A stretch of 64,000 nt of DNA from an uncultured bacterium (lineage in GTDB: Bacteria; Acidobacteriota; Aminicenantia; Aminicenantales; Saccharicenantaceae), in NCBI GenBank assembly GCA_963827635.1, contig CAWHBV010000009.1, positions 394,548 through 458,547 on the forward strand, in the 5' to 3' direction. Shown piece after piece: positions 41,658 through 53,300 of this stretch. The notes beneath the pieces were generated by a model, which saw nothing but the letters and a program-made list of their open reading frames with translations, ran no database searches and was not told the origin of the DNA. The translations under genes were made by a program, and so were the position numbers. Each line of letters begins with the position of its first letter. Position 1 is the stretch's first letter.

Positions 41658-43464
41658 ATGAAAAACCTTACCCCGGACCTTCCGCCGGCTGATCCCGTTC
41701 GCCCTGGCCGCAGGGCTTGCCGCCCTCGCCGCGTTGCCGCTCGATGCGTCGGTGGGCATCGCCCGCCGCGGCCGGGCCCTGGCCCGGGTGGTCGTGGCGC
41801 CGGACGCCGCGGAGACGGAGCGGTTCGCCGCCGGGGAATTGTCCCTTTTCCTCCACATCGTCACCGGGGCCGATTTCCCCGTTCGGGAGGACGCCGCACC
41901 GGAGGGATCGAACCTTCTCGTCGGCCCGGGCGCGACCCGCCGGGCCGGTCACGACACGGGCTCTCCGGGTCTCCTCCCCGAGGAGATCGTCGTCAGGACC
42001 TCCGGCCGCGATCTCGTCCTCGCGGGAGGCAGCCCGCGCGCGACCCTCTACGCCGTCTACACGTTCCTCGAGGACATCGTCGGCTGCCGCTGGTGGACGT
42101 CGACGGCCAGCCGTATGCCCCGGAGGCCGTCCCTCTCCGTCGGCAGCCTGGCGATCCGCTTCAAGCCGCCGTTCGAGTACCGGGAGCCCTATTGGTACGT
42201 CGCTTTCGACGAAGCCTGGGCGGCGCGGAACAAGGCCAACGGGACAAGGGCCGGCGGCGACGCGCTCCGGGGCGGCCGCCAGGTCTACGAGGGCTTCGTC
42301 CACACTTTTTACACCCTCATCCCGCCGGGAAAGTACTTCGACGCGCATCCCGAGTGGTTCAGCGAGATCGACGGGCGCAGGACAACGACGAACGCCCAGC
42401 TCTGTTTGACCAACGAGGACATGCGCCGGGAGCTGGTCAAGAACCTGGGCGAAAGGCTCCGCGCCAATCCCGAGGCCACCATCGCCTCCGTCTCCCAGAA
42501 CGACTGTTTCGGGAACTGCACCTGCCCGAATTGCAGGGCCGTCGACGAGGAAGAGGGCGGACCGGCCGGTTCGCTCCTGCGCTTCGTCAACGCCGTGGCC
42601 GCCGACCTCGAGGCGGAATTCCCGCAGGTGGCCTTCGACACGCTCGCCTACCAGTACACGCGGAAGCCGCCCCGCCTCGTCCGGCCGCGGCCGAGCGTCA
42701 TCGTCCGGCTCTGCAGCATCGAGTGCTCCTTCGCCCGGCCGCTCGACGACCCGAAGAACAAGGCTTTCTTCGACGACCTCGACGGCTGGTCGAAGATCGC
42801 GAGCCGGCTCTACATCTGGGACTACACGACCGATTTCTCGCACTACGTCCAGCCCCACCCCAATTACGGCGTTCTGGCGTCCAACATCCGCCTGTTCGCG
42901 GGCCGGAACGTCCGCGGCGTGTTCGAGCAGGGCGCCTATCAGTCCTGGGGATCGGAGATGGCCGAGCTCAGGGCCTGGGTCCTGGCCAAGCTGCTCTGGG
43001 ACCCGCGTCTCGACGGGGACGCGTTGCGCGAAGAATTCCTCCGGGGCTATTACGGGCCCGCTGCGGGATCCATGGACGACTTCCTGGAAACGCTCGAGGC
43101 GGCCGTCGCGCGCTCGGGCGACGCCCTCGGCTGCTATTCGCCGCCGGACGCCGGGTTCCTGTCCCTCGAGACGCTGCTGCGGTCGCAGCGGATCCTGGAC
43201 GCGGCCCGGAGGAAGGCCCGCCGCTCCGCCGAATACGGCCGTCGCGTCGCCCGGGCCGCCCTGCCGGTCGATTACGTCGTCCTCGTCCGCTGGGACGCGT
43301 TGAGGGAAGAAGCCCGCCGGACGGGGAAGCGCTGGCCCTGGCCGGAAACGAGGGCCGAGCTCCTCGACCGCTTTCTCGCCGCCGCCCGCGCGGAGGGCGT
43401 CACGATGATCGCCGAGTGGCAGACCCTGGACGACTGGGCGGCCAAGGGCGGCCGCGCGAAATAG
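41658..43464 (+). CDS. Exported DUF4838-domain protein (GH67-like N-terminal domain), frameshift in the signal region
   Basis: FAAGELSLFL, TLYAVYTFLEDIVGCRWW, HPEWF, QLCLTN, SVSQND, CTCPNC, TLAYQYTRKPP, YIWDY, AKLLWDP. Confidence 0.82.
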
Positions 43465-43480
43465 CGGCCGGCTCCGGATA

Positions 43481-45973
43481 TCAGCGGCCGAACGACCAGG
43501 CCGGCACCGGGCCCTTCTTGATGCCGGGCCCGGCCCACAGGAGGTCCAGGCCGAGGTCGCCCGTGCTCTGGAAATAGACGATCTCGATCTCGTGCCAGCC
43601 CGCCCCGAGAGCGATCTCCCCGCCCTCTTCCGTCATGCCGTGGACGCCGTCGATCGCCACGACCTCCCGGCCGGCGACCGCGAGCTTCGAGCCGTCGTCG
43701 GAGTGGAGGTAGAAGACGTAGACCCCGGGCCGGGGCGCCCGGATGAAGCCCCGGAACCTCAGGGCGAACCTCTCCTTGCCGCCGCCGGCCGCGGCGTCGG
43801 GCCTCGACACGGTCCCGCCGCGGACCGCGGTCAGGGCGCCGAAGTCCGGCAATTGGGCGAACGTCCCCTCGAAATATTCGTAGGCCAGGCCCTTGCCGGC
43901 GGGGCTCGGCCGCCGCCGCGGCGATCGGTTCCGCCCGCTCGAACGTCCGGCTCTCGATCAGGCTGGCCGTTCCGTCGGGCCAGAAGGCCCGGGCTTTGAC
44001 CGTGGTGGGACCCGTGATCTCGATGGGCTTGTCGTAAAGCGCCGACTCCGGAACGGGCTCGGCCCCGTCGACCGTGTAGCGGATGGTCGCCCCGGGCCGG
44101 GCCGCCAGCTCGACGATGAAGTAGTCCCCGGCGAAGAGCGTCTGGTCGGTCAGGAAGCGCGGCGGCGTGAAGCCCCGGTTGAGTCCGGCGAACCGCCCCG
44201 GATCGAGCTTGAGCACGGCCCGGTCGTAGGTCAGGAGACCGTTGACCTCGATCTCGCAGTCGGACGTCTGGGTGTAGACCGCCGCGGCCAGGCCCCTGTC
44301 CACGAGCGGATAGAGGTTCTTGATGAGATCGGCGTAACGCGCCTCGTAGGCGCCGATGTCGTCGAAGTTGCGGTAGCCCCAGTTCCCCTCGGGCTGCCAG
44401 AGGTGCCCGGTGAGGGGCAGGCCGAGCCCGCCGAACTCGCCCAGTACGGCCGCCCGCTTCTCTTCGAGGGGCGGCATGTCGGGGCCGGGGTAGCTGTGGA
44501 TGTCGACCGTGTCCCCGACGCCCTTGTCCGTCCAGCCGCTCGCGTTATTGACCAATCGGCGTGGGATCGTACTGCTTCGTCCAAGCCGCGATGCGCTCCG
44601 TGTCGTACTGGCCCCAGCCTTCGTTGAACGGCACCCACATGACGATCGACGGGTGGTTGCGGAGCGCGTCCATGACGGCCTTCCACTCGCTCTCGAACTG
44701 GGCATCCCTCCCGGCCAGAGACTCGGGAGTCTGAGGCGTCCCTCTTGAACAGGGCGCTCGGCATGTCCTGCCAGACCAGGAGCCCCAGCTTGTCGCACCA
44801 GTAGTAGAGCCGGTCGGGCTCGACCTTGACGTGCTTGCGGAGCATGTTCAGGCCCAGGGCTTTGATGGTCTCGAGATCGTACCGGAGGGCGGCGTCGGTC
44901 GGCGCGGTGTACAGGCCGTCCGGCCACCAGCCCTGGTCGAGCGGTCCGATCTGGAAGAGCGGTTCGCCGTTGAGGAAGAGACGGTTGAATCCCTGCCGGT
45001 CCTTGCCCAGGGCGATCTTGCGCATCCCGGCATAGCTCGTTACGGCGTCCACCGGTCGGCCCTTCTTCTGCAGCGCGATCTCGAGGTCGTAGAGCACGGG
45101 GTGGTCCGGGGACCAGAGCTCGGGCCGGTCGATCGCGAGGGCAACCGCTTTTGAAGCGGGGCCCTGGGCCGAGGCGACCGTCGTGCCCTCGAGCTTGACG
45201 GTCACCGCCAGTCGTCGCTCCCCCGGGGTCGCCGGCGACCGACGGGAGGACCGTGAGCGTCCCGCGATCGATGTCGGGCGTGATCGTCAGCCCCGAGATA
45301 TGGGTTTCGGGGACGGGTTCGAGCCAGACCGTCTGCCAGATGCCCGTGACGGCCGTATAGAAGATGCCGTGCGGCTTCATGACCTGTTTCCCGCGGGCGA
45401 TGCCGCTGTTCTGCTTCGTCCGTCGGGTCGTAGACGCGGAGGACGACCTCCTGCTTCGCGCCCCGCTTGAGGGCCCCGGTGATATCGTATGTGAACGGGT
45501 CGTAGCCGCCGCGATGGGTCCCGGCCTCGCGGCCGTTGATCCAGACGGTGCTCTCCCAGTCCACGGCCCCGAAATGCAGGAGGACGCGGCCGTCGCGCCA
45601 GGTCTTGGGGACGTCGAAGGTCCTCCTGTACCAGAGGGCCTTGTCCCCGCCGACGGGCTTGCCGACGCCGGACAGGGCCGACTCGGCGGCGAAGGGCACG
45701 AGGATCTCGCCCGTCCCAGGTTTCAGGCCGCCCGGCCTCTTTGGCCACGATGGCATAGTCCCAGAGGCCGTTGAGGTTGGCCCACTCGCTCCGGGCCATC
45801 TGCGGCCGGGGATACTCGGCGAGCGGGGCGGCGGGATCGACCTCCGCCGCCCAACGGGTCATGATCCTGTCCCCGGCCGGCTTCCAGTCCGGGGCCGCTT
45901 CCGTGCGGCACGCGGCGAAGACCAGGCTCCCGAAGACGACGGCGAGACCGAACGGGGCGAAGGTTCTCTTCAT
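43481..45973 (-). CDS. GH2 beta-galactosidase/glucuronidase lipoprotein with C-terminal Fn3-associated and PA14 domains, several frameshifts
   Basis: EYPRPQM, NLNGLW, LLHFGAVDW, TGIWQTVWLE, LDQGWWPDG, RKHVKVE, WVPFNEGWG, GEFGG, YTQTSDCEIE; IRYTVDG; SDDGSKL (PA14). Confidence 0.88.
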
Positions 45974-46051
45974 GGCGTGCACTCCTCACGCGCATTAGTA
46001 ATTCATCGGGACACGCCGTGTCAACAGCCTGCGGGGCCGCTCCGAAAATCG

Positions 46052-46080
46052 TTGAAAAGCGCCGGCTCCTCGTTTAAAGT
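46052..46080 (+). promoter_or_regulatory. Sigma70-type promoter
   Basis: TTGAAA-17 nt-TAAAGT upstream of ATG 46106. Confidence 0.55.
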
Positions 46081-46105
46081 GGTCACCTCGAGAAAGGCCG
46101 ACACC

Positions 46106-47400
46106 ATGAGCCATCAAGAATCCGTTCTCCCGCTCGATGCCCTGAATCCCACGGATCCGGTCCCGGTTCCCGATGATCGACCGGGATTCCCTGGGCCAGC
46201 CCCGGACCTATCTCAACACCGGGGCCGGCAGTCTGACCGTCGACACGGCCGCCGAAGCCGCCCGCGAGGCCCAGGGCCGGTTGAATCCGATGCCGGGAAC
46301 CGTCGTCGCCGGCGAGGCCGAGACCGCCGCCCTGCACGCCCGCGTCCGGGACCTCGTCGCCGATTTCCTCAACGCGCGGAGACGGCACCGAGATCAGCTT
46401 CCACCAGTCGGCCACGGCCGCCCTGTTCGGCCTGGCTTTCGGCCTGCGCGGGGTGCTCGGGCCGTCATCCAATCTGATCGTCACCGACCTCGACCACATG
46501 GCCAACGTCTCGCCCTGGGAAACGGTCTGGGGCGAGGGCCGCGGCTGCGAGATCCGGCGGGCGCGCCTCACGCCCGAAGGAACGCTCGACGTCGCCCATC
46601 TGCTCTCGCTCGTCGACGCCCGGACCGGCCTTCTGGCCGTGACCTCCGCTTCGAACGGAACGGGCTCGGTCGTCCGGTTGGCCGAGCTCGTCGCCGAGGT
46701 CCGCCGGAAGGCCCCCGACTGCCTCGTCGCCGTCGACGCCGTCCATCACGCCCCCCACGGCTCCCTCGACGTCGCTGCGGCCGGCATCGATTTCCTGGTC
46801 TTCTCCGGCTACAAGGTCTTCGGGCCGATGCTGGGGGTGCTGTGGGGCCGGCGGGAACACCTCGAGCGGCTTCTCCCCTATCGCGTCGAAACGAACAAGC
46901 CCGTCCTGCCGGGAAAGCTCGAGATGGGCATGCTCAACAACGCCTCGCTCGCCGCGCTCGAGGCGGCGCTCGAATACCTCCTCTGGCTGGCCGGCCTTTG
47001 CGCCGGCCCGGCGCCCCTCCCGCCCGACAGGAGCGCGAAATTCCGCTTCGTCATGGAGGCCATCGCCGGATACGAGGCGGGGCTCTCGCGACGGGTCCTC
47101 GAAGGGTTCCTCCGCTTCCCGCCGGGCCACCTGCGGTGCTTCGGCATCGCCGATCCGGAGCGCTCGACCGAACGGGTGCCGACCTTCGCCTTCGACGCCG
47201 CCGGCCTCACCGCGACGGAGACGAAGAAGCGCCTCTGGCAGGAGGCCGCGATCCAGATCGCCGACGGCAACCACTATTCGGCGGCGGTCTACCGGCACCT
47301 CGGCCGGCCCGAAGGCATCTGCCGGGCCAGCTTCGCCCACTACGACAATGCGGAGACCGTCGACCGCTTCCTCGAGGCCGTCGGCCGCCTCCGGGGCTAG
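46106..47400 (+). CDS. Class V PLP enzyme, cysteine-desulfurase-like, frameshifted in the 5' part
   Basis: TDLDHMANVSPW, ASNGTG, VDAVH, SGYKVFGP (PLP lysine), RASFAHY. Confidence 0.85.
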
Positions 47401-47425
47401 AGAGGCGTTCCTTTCGGGAAACAGG

Positions 47426-47454
47426 TTGAACAAAGGGTCCGAAATCCCTAGAAT
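47426..47454 (+). promoter_or_regulatory. Sigma70-type promoter
   Basis: TTGAAC-17 nt-TAGAAT upstream of the cyclophilin gene. Confidence 0.6.
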
Positions 47455-47472
47455 AGGTCTTCCTTGGCCAAA

Positions 47473-48068
47473 ATGAGATTGTCGAAGAAAATCCCGATCC
47501 CCGCCTGCTTCCTGGCCCTGGCCCTGACGGCCGGCGCGGCGCAAAACCCGCGCGTCGTCATCGAGACCGGGAAGGGCGCCATCGTCGTCGAGGTCGATCT
47601 CGTCCGGGCCCCGGTCACGGCGGCCAATTTCCTCCGTTACGTCGACGCCGGGCTCTACGACGGCTCGACCTTCCACCGCACCGTGACCATGTCCAACCAG
47701 CCCCGCGACGCCGTCCGCATCGAGGTCATCCAGGGCGGCCAGCTGGCCGAGGAACGGGAATTCCCTCCGATCGCCCACGAAACGACGGCGACGACCGGTC
47801 TGCGGCATCTCGACGGGAGCGATCTCCATGGCCAGGGACAAGCCGGGGACGGCCACATCGAGCTTCTTCTTCTGCATCGACGACCAGCCCGAACTCGACT
47901 TCGGCGGCCGGCGCAATCCGGACGGCCAGGGCTTCGCCGCTTTCGGCCGCGTCGTCGCCGGGCATGGACGTCGTCCGGACGATCCAGAGTCTCCCGGCCG
48001 AGGGCCAGCGGCTCGAGCCCGCCGTCGGGATCCTCTCGGTCCGCCGCCTCGAAACCGCGAAAAAATGA
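47473..48068 (+). CDS. Exported cyclophilin-type peptidyl-prolyl isomerase, two frameshifts
   Basis: APVTAANFLRYV, YDGSTFHR, IQGG, SMAR, SSFFF, FAAFGRVVAGMDVV. Confidence 0.88.
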
Positions 48069-48103
48069 AATTTCCCGGATAGGACAGTCAAAGGAGAAAC
48101 AGG

Positions 48104-50338
48104 ATGAGAAAACGCCCGATATACGTCGTCGTCACCGGTCTTCTGCTCGCCTTCCTCGCGGCCGGGCAGTCGATCGCCCAACAGGCCGCCCCCTCGCAGG
48201 CTCCGGCCCAGGAAAAGCTGGTCGGCAAAGCGCTCTACGAGAAGCTCCAGCGCGACGGCCGCCGGATGATGGGCCCTCCCGGCGGAGCCGGCGGATTCGC
48301 CTGGACGCTCGACGGCAAGGGCTCCTATGCGTTCGAGGACGGCACTTTCAAGCGGACCGACCTCGCGACCGGCGAGAAGACGCCGCTCTTCGACGACGCC
48401 AGGATCATCGCGGCGATGAACGCCATGACCGGGCGCCAGGAGGTCAAGCTGCCCTTCAACCGGTTCCAGTACCTCGACGGCGGCAAGGCGATCCAGTTCC
48501 AGGCCTTCAACAAGACCTTCCTCTACGACCTGGCCGCCGCGAAGCTCGTCTCCTACGAGCCCGAGCGCTCCATCACCGGCGTCCGGGGCCGCGGCTACGG
48601 CGACGTCCTCTCCCCGGACCTCAAGCTCCGGGCCTTCACCCGGGACTACAACCTCTTCGTCAAGGACCTGGACGGCAAGGAGACGGCCCTGACCGTGGAC
48701 GGGACCGAGGACCTGCGCAACGGCTTCCCCGACTGGGTCTACCCCGAGGAGCTGGCCCAGTACGAGGCCTTCTGGTGGTCCCCCGACTCGAAATACATCG
48801 CCTTCATGCAGTTCGACGAGAAGCCGGTGACGAAATACCCGATCGTCCACGACGTCCAGCCCATCCCGCGCTACGAGCTGCTCGGCTATCCCAAGCCCGG
48901 CGGCAACAATCCCATCGTCCGGCTGTTCGTCGTCGACGTCGCCTCGAAGAAGATCGTCCGGCTCGAGACGGGCGACGACCTCGACGTCTACCTCTACCGG
49001 GGCAAGTGGACGAACGGCGGGCGGGAGTTCACCTACCACCGCCTCAACCGGCTCCAGAACAAGGTCGAGCTCTTCGCCGCCGACCCCGTCACGGGGAAGA
49101 CGCGGCTCCTGCTCGCCGACACCGATCCCTGCTACATCGACGAGTCGACCGACCTGTGGTTCCTCGGGGACGGCCAGCGCTTCCTCTGGACCTCGGAGCG
49201 GAGCGGCTGGCGCGAGATCTATCTCTACGACATGGCGGGCAAGCTCCTCAAGCCGCTCACCAACGCCAAGCTGCCCGTGAGCGCCATCCTGGACGTCGAC
49301 GAAGCCCGGGGCTGGGTCTACTTCGGCGGCTCGGAGGCCAACGGCACGGAAAGCCACGCCTACAGGGTCAAGCTCGACGGCACGGGTTTCTCGAGACTGA
49401 CCAAGGAGCCCGGCACGCACCGGGTCTCCCTCTCCCCCACCTTCGACTACTGGACCGATTCGTTCCAGAGCTTCGACCAGCCCGCCAAGACGACGCTCTA
49501 CGCGTCGGACGGCAAAGCGGTCAAGGTCCTGAACGAGACGGTCCTGTCGAAGGAATTCCTCGATTACAAGCTCATCAAGCCCGAGCACTTCCTGTTCAAG
49601 TCGGCCGACGGCAAGTACGACCTCGACGGGATCCTCTACTTCCCGGCCCACTTCGACCCGAACGAGAAATACCCCCTGATCCTCTCGATCTACGGCGGGC
49701 CCGGCTCCAAGGGCGTCATGAACCGGTTCCTGACGGCCGACGGCAGCCAGGCCCTGGCCCAGCTGGGCTTCCTGGTCGCCGTCTGCGACTATCGCGGCGT
49801 CTCCGGGCGGGGCAAGGCCTTCCAGAACCTCCACTACATGAAGCTCGGCCAGGTCGAGCTCGAAGACCACGTCGCCTTCGTCAAGGCGCTCGGCCGGCGC
49901 CCCTACGTCGACACGGCCCGCGTCGGCATCACCGGCCACTCCTACGGCGGCTACTTCACCTGCCTGGCCCTGCTCAAGGAGCCCGACGTCTTCCACGTCG
50001 GCGTCGCCGGGGCCCCCGTCACCGACTGGCGGAACTACGATTCGATCTACACCGAGCGGTACATGCGCCGGCCCCAGGACAATCCCGAGGGCTACGACAA
50101 GGGCTCCTGCCTGACCTACGCCAAGAACCTCAAGGGCAAGCTCTTCATCCACCACGGCGCCGTCGACGACAACGTCCACCCGGGCAACACCATCCAGCTC
50201 GTCCAGGCCCTGCTCAAGGAGAACAAGAAGTTCGACCTGATGATCTACCCGGAGATGCAGCACGGCATCGGCTACGCCCGCTATCCCGAATCCCGCGTCG
50301 AGTACTTCGTCGAGCACCTCAAGCCCGTGGTCAAGTAG
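48104..50338 (+). CDS. Dipeptidyl-peptidase IV (S9B), exported
   Basis: Intact; DWVYPEE, WWSPD, YPKPG, GHSYGG nucleophile motif, YDSIYTERYM, DDNVH, catalytic His in QHGI. Confidence 0.95.
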   Translation: MRKRPIYVVVTGLLLAFLAAGQSIAQQAAPSQAPAQEKLVGKALYEKLQRDGRRMMGPPGGAGGFAWTLDGKGSYAFEDGTFKRTDLATGEKTPLFDDARIIAAMNAMTGRQEVKLPFNRFQYLDGGKAIQFQAFNKTFLYDLAAAKLVSYEPERSITGVRGRGYGDVLSPDLKLRAFTRDYNLFVKDLDGKETALTVDGTEDLRNGFPDWVYPEELAQYEAFWWSPDSKYIAFMQFDEKPVTKYPIVHDVQPIPRYELLGYPKPGGNNPIVRLFVVDVASKKIVRLETGDDLDVYLYRGKWTNGGREFTYHRLNRLQNKVELFAADPVTGKTRLLLADTDPCYIDESTDLWFLGDGQRFLWTSERSGWREIYLYDMAGKLLKPLTNAKLPVSAILDVDEARGWVYFGGSEANGTESHAYRVKLDGTGFSRLTKEPGTHRVSLSPTFDYWTDSFQSFDQPAKTTLYASDGKAVKVLNETVLSKEFLDYKLIKPEHFLFKSADGKYDLDGILYFPAHFDPNEKYPLILSIYGGPGSKGVMNRFLTADGSQALAQLGFLVAVCDYRGVSGRGKAFQNLHYMKLGQVELEDHVAFVKALGRRPYVDTARVGITGHSYGGYFTCLALLKEPDVFHVGVAGAPVTDWRNYDSIYTERYMRRPQDNPEGYDKGSCLTYAKNLKGKLFIHHGAVDDNVHPGNTIQLVQALLKENKKFDLMIYPEMQHGIGYARYPESRVEYFVEHLKPVVK

Positions 50339-50369
50339 GCCGGGCGAGATCCGAGAAAGGAGCGATCAC

Positions 50370-51458
50370 ATGGCCAAGTTCGAAGGCGTGAAATGGGCCC
50401 CCCGGCAGATGCGCTATCTGCTCCCCGGCAAGCAGTTCGCCGTCCTCGAATCCGATGCGAAGGTCTTCGCCGTCTCGCGCTCGGTCTTCTACGCGTCCTG
50501 CCTCTGCTTCGAGGGCATCCGCTTCTTCTGCAAGAAGACGCCCTCCGGACAGCTGGAGATCCATTTCCTCAACTGGCACAGGAACCTGGAGCGGCTCCGC
50601 AGGGGCATCACGTTCAACCTGAGCCGGGCCCAGGCCGACCTCGTCCCGTCCGTCGAGGAGATGGAGAGCATCATCGTCCACCAGTATTTCAAGGACCCGG
50701 CCATCCGGGCCTTCCTCGAGGAGATGGCCGAGAAGGGACTCCAGGGCTACCTCCGGCCGTTCACGGTCGACGAGGAGCAGTCCATGGGCGTGACCTTCCC
50801 GGGGCAGCCGGCCGTCCGGGCCATCTTCTGCAGCTACGACAACTACCTCGGCGAGCCGTTCACCGGGGTCGTCATCCCCCACATGGTCCGGGCCGTCGGC
50901 CTGAACAAGACCGGCTGGCTCAAGCTCGGCATCAACTACATGATCAGCCTCAAGGCCCTCGAAGCGGCCAAGGACGTCGATCCCCAGGCCGCGGCGGCCC
51001 TGTTCCTCGACGACCGGACCCATCTCCCCCTGGCCGACCGGTGCGTCACCGAGTGGGATTCCTCCTGCTGCCTCTTCGGCCTGCGGGACGGGACCGTCGT
51101 CAAGATCCCGGAGAGCGAGCTCATCCTGCCCTCGGTCACGATCCAGGGCATGGTGGCCATCCTGAGGGACATGGGCGTCAAGGTCGAGGAGCGTCCCGTC
51201 ACCTACGGCGAGCTCGTCGGGAGGGTCCGGGCGAACGAGCTCGTGGTCGCCGCGAGCATCGGCACGGCCGGCATCATGAACCGGTGCCAGAAGCTCCTCT
51301 GCGTCGACGAGAAGAACGCCGTCACGGCGACGCACCTCGTCGACACCGGCCATCCCCTCTACGCCAAGCTGGCGGAAGCCAAGACCTATTACTGGGACAT
51401 CTACAAGGAGAAGGTCAAGCTGCCTGCCGGGATGAACCTCTACAAGTACGCGCTGTAA
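50370..51458 (+). CDS. Class IV PLP aminotransferase, divergent branched-chain amino acid aminotransferase-like
   Basis: CFEGIR, YLRPF, LKLGINY (KxxxNY), ALFLD, ILPSVT, VEERPV, GTAG. Confidence 0.82.
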   Translation: MAKFEGVKWAPRQMRYLLPGKQFAVLESDAKVFAVSRSVFYASCLCFEGIRFFCKKTPSGQLEIHFLNWHRNLERLRRGITFNLSRAQADLVPSVEEMESIIVHQYFKDPAIRAFLEEMAEKGLQGYLRPFTVDEEQSMGVTFPGQPAVRAIFCSYDNYLGEPFTGVVIPHMVRAVGLNKTGWLKLGINYMISLKALEAAKDVDPQAAAALFLDDRTHLPLADRCVTEWDSSCCLFGLRDGTVVKIPESELILPSVTIQGMVAILRDMGVKVEERPVTYGELVGRVRANELVVAASIGTAGIMNRCQKLLCVDEKNAVTATHLVDTGHPLYAKLAEAKTYYWDIYKEKVKLPAGMNLYKYAL

Positions 51459-51522
51459 AAAACGAAGGGCCGTTCCGTCCGGGGGGCCGCCCCCGGAAAG
51501 AACGGCCCTTTCTCTTTCTTTT
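51457..51522. terminator. Bidirectional terminator between convergent genes
   Basis: AAGGGCCGTTC...GAACGGCCCTT stem with an A-run on the left and a T-rich run on the right. Confidence 0.75.
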
Positions 51523-51531
51523 CGCGGGGCC

Positions 51532-53236
51532 TCAGAGGCTCATGGCGATGAGCATCCAGAACTTGTCGCCGAGCTCCAGGTATCTCTGGACGGCGGACCG
51601 GGCCATGTCGTTGGTGTACTTGGTCAGGTAGGCCTCGACCGTGAAAGCCTCCTTGTCCGGCGTCTTGCTGGCCAGGATCTCCTGGACCTTCTTTTCGAGG
51701 AGCGGCAGGTCGGCGAAGGCCTTGTCCTCGAACTCGGCGACGGTCGCCTCGACCGTCTTCCGCGTCTGGCCCCACTTGAGCGTGGCCAGGCGGTTGGCCC
51801 GGCGGAAGGCCCAGGCCGCGGAGTCGAGCCGGAATCGGTGCTGGCCGCAGATCTCGAAGCCCGGGGGCAGCTCGGTCGTCCCGGCGAAGATGGGGATGCG
51901 GGCGCTCATGGCCGGATTGTCGAAGGCGAACCAGCAGATGGCCCCGACCGAAGGCGGCAGCCAGCCCCGGACCTGGAGCACCGTCGCGTAGGCGCACCCG
52001 GAGATCGGGATCGTCCGGGCGGGCACGACCCGGGGCGTGTCCGTGGCCGGCGACAGCCCGTTGACGAGGTTGATCAGGTCGCGGGACATCCAGGCGCTCG
52101 CGGCCGGGCTCTTGATCATCTGCGGTTCGGCCGGCGCCGCGGCGGGCGTCTCGCCCGGCTTGGGCCGGGGCTGGGGCCGCCGGACCAGGAGGTTCTTGGT
52201 CATGTCGAGGTCGGTCCCCTCGTAGGGATCGCGGTAGATGGCCAGGACGTCGCGGACGGAGAGCTTCTTCTCGGGCTTGACCGAGAACGGGAGCTCCGGC
52301 ATGTCCATGCTCAGCTTGAGCGAGGGGGCCAGCTTGTCGAGGACGAAGAACTCGCGCGTCGAGAAGGGCTTGCCCCTCCCGCCGCCGTAGGCCTCCCAGA
52401 ACTTGAACGGCTTGCCGCTCTTGGGGTCCCACCAGCCCATGTCCTGGGCCACCTGGAAGATGTTCTCGGAGGCCATGTACCGGTCGGGGTTCTTGAGGTC
52501 GATCTCGGGGATGCGGGGGATGTTGGCCGAGATGCCGACGTGGTCGTCGGGGATGCGGACGGCGGCCCAGACCGCGCCCTTCTCGAGCGGTCCGGCCCCC
52601 ATGATCTCGAAGTGCCAGACCTCCTTGCCGTCGGCGATCGTGATGCACTCGCCGAAGTCGCCGTAGCCGTACTGCTTGACCAGCCCGCCGATGAGCTGTG
52701 ATGGCCTCGCGGGCCGTCTTGCAGCGCTCGAGGGCGATCCGCTCGAGCTCCTCGATCATGAACATGCCCTCGTTGTTGACGAGCTCGCGGCGGCCGCCGA
52801 TCGTCGTCTCGCCGATGGCCAGGCCGTGCTCGTTGAGCGCCGGGTAGGCCGTGTTGAGGAAGCGGTAGGTCTCGGGGACCTGCGGGATCTCGCCGGTCTG
52901 GACGATGCCCCTCAGATCGGCCGTGAATTCCGTGTGCATCCGGCCGGAATAGACCTTGTTCATCGATTTGTCCGGCCACTTCTGGTGCGGGACGATGTTG
53001 ACCCACTGCCGGTAGGGGCCGTCGCAGGTGTGGCAGGTGATGACGGAGCCGTCCACGGTGGCCAGGCGCCCGACCTGGATGGACGTGCAGCTGTCGAAGT
53101 CGTCGGACCACTCCTTGCCGCCCGGCCCGGGCGACGCTCCGGGCGTCTGGGCGCCGACGAGGCCCATGACGGCGATCAGGGCGAGGGCCGCGGCGGCGCC
53201 GCGTCCCAAGGACTTCAGGAAACGTTCTGGATTCAC
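51532..53236 (-). CDS. Exported C69-family dipeptidase, third paralog, frameshift ~52700
   Basis: DSCTSIQVGRLATVDGS, LNEHGLAIGETT, ALERCKTAREAI, WAAVRIPDDH, LPFSVKPE, SAAWAF. Confidence 0.9.
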
Positions 53237-53300
53237 GAGGATCTCCTTTCGGAACGATGACGATACGGACTATGACTTTATGAAATCGGATGCGCGGCTG

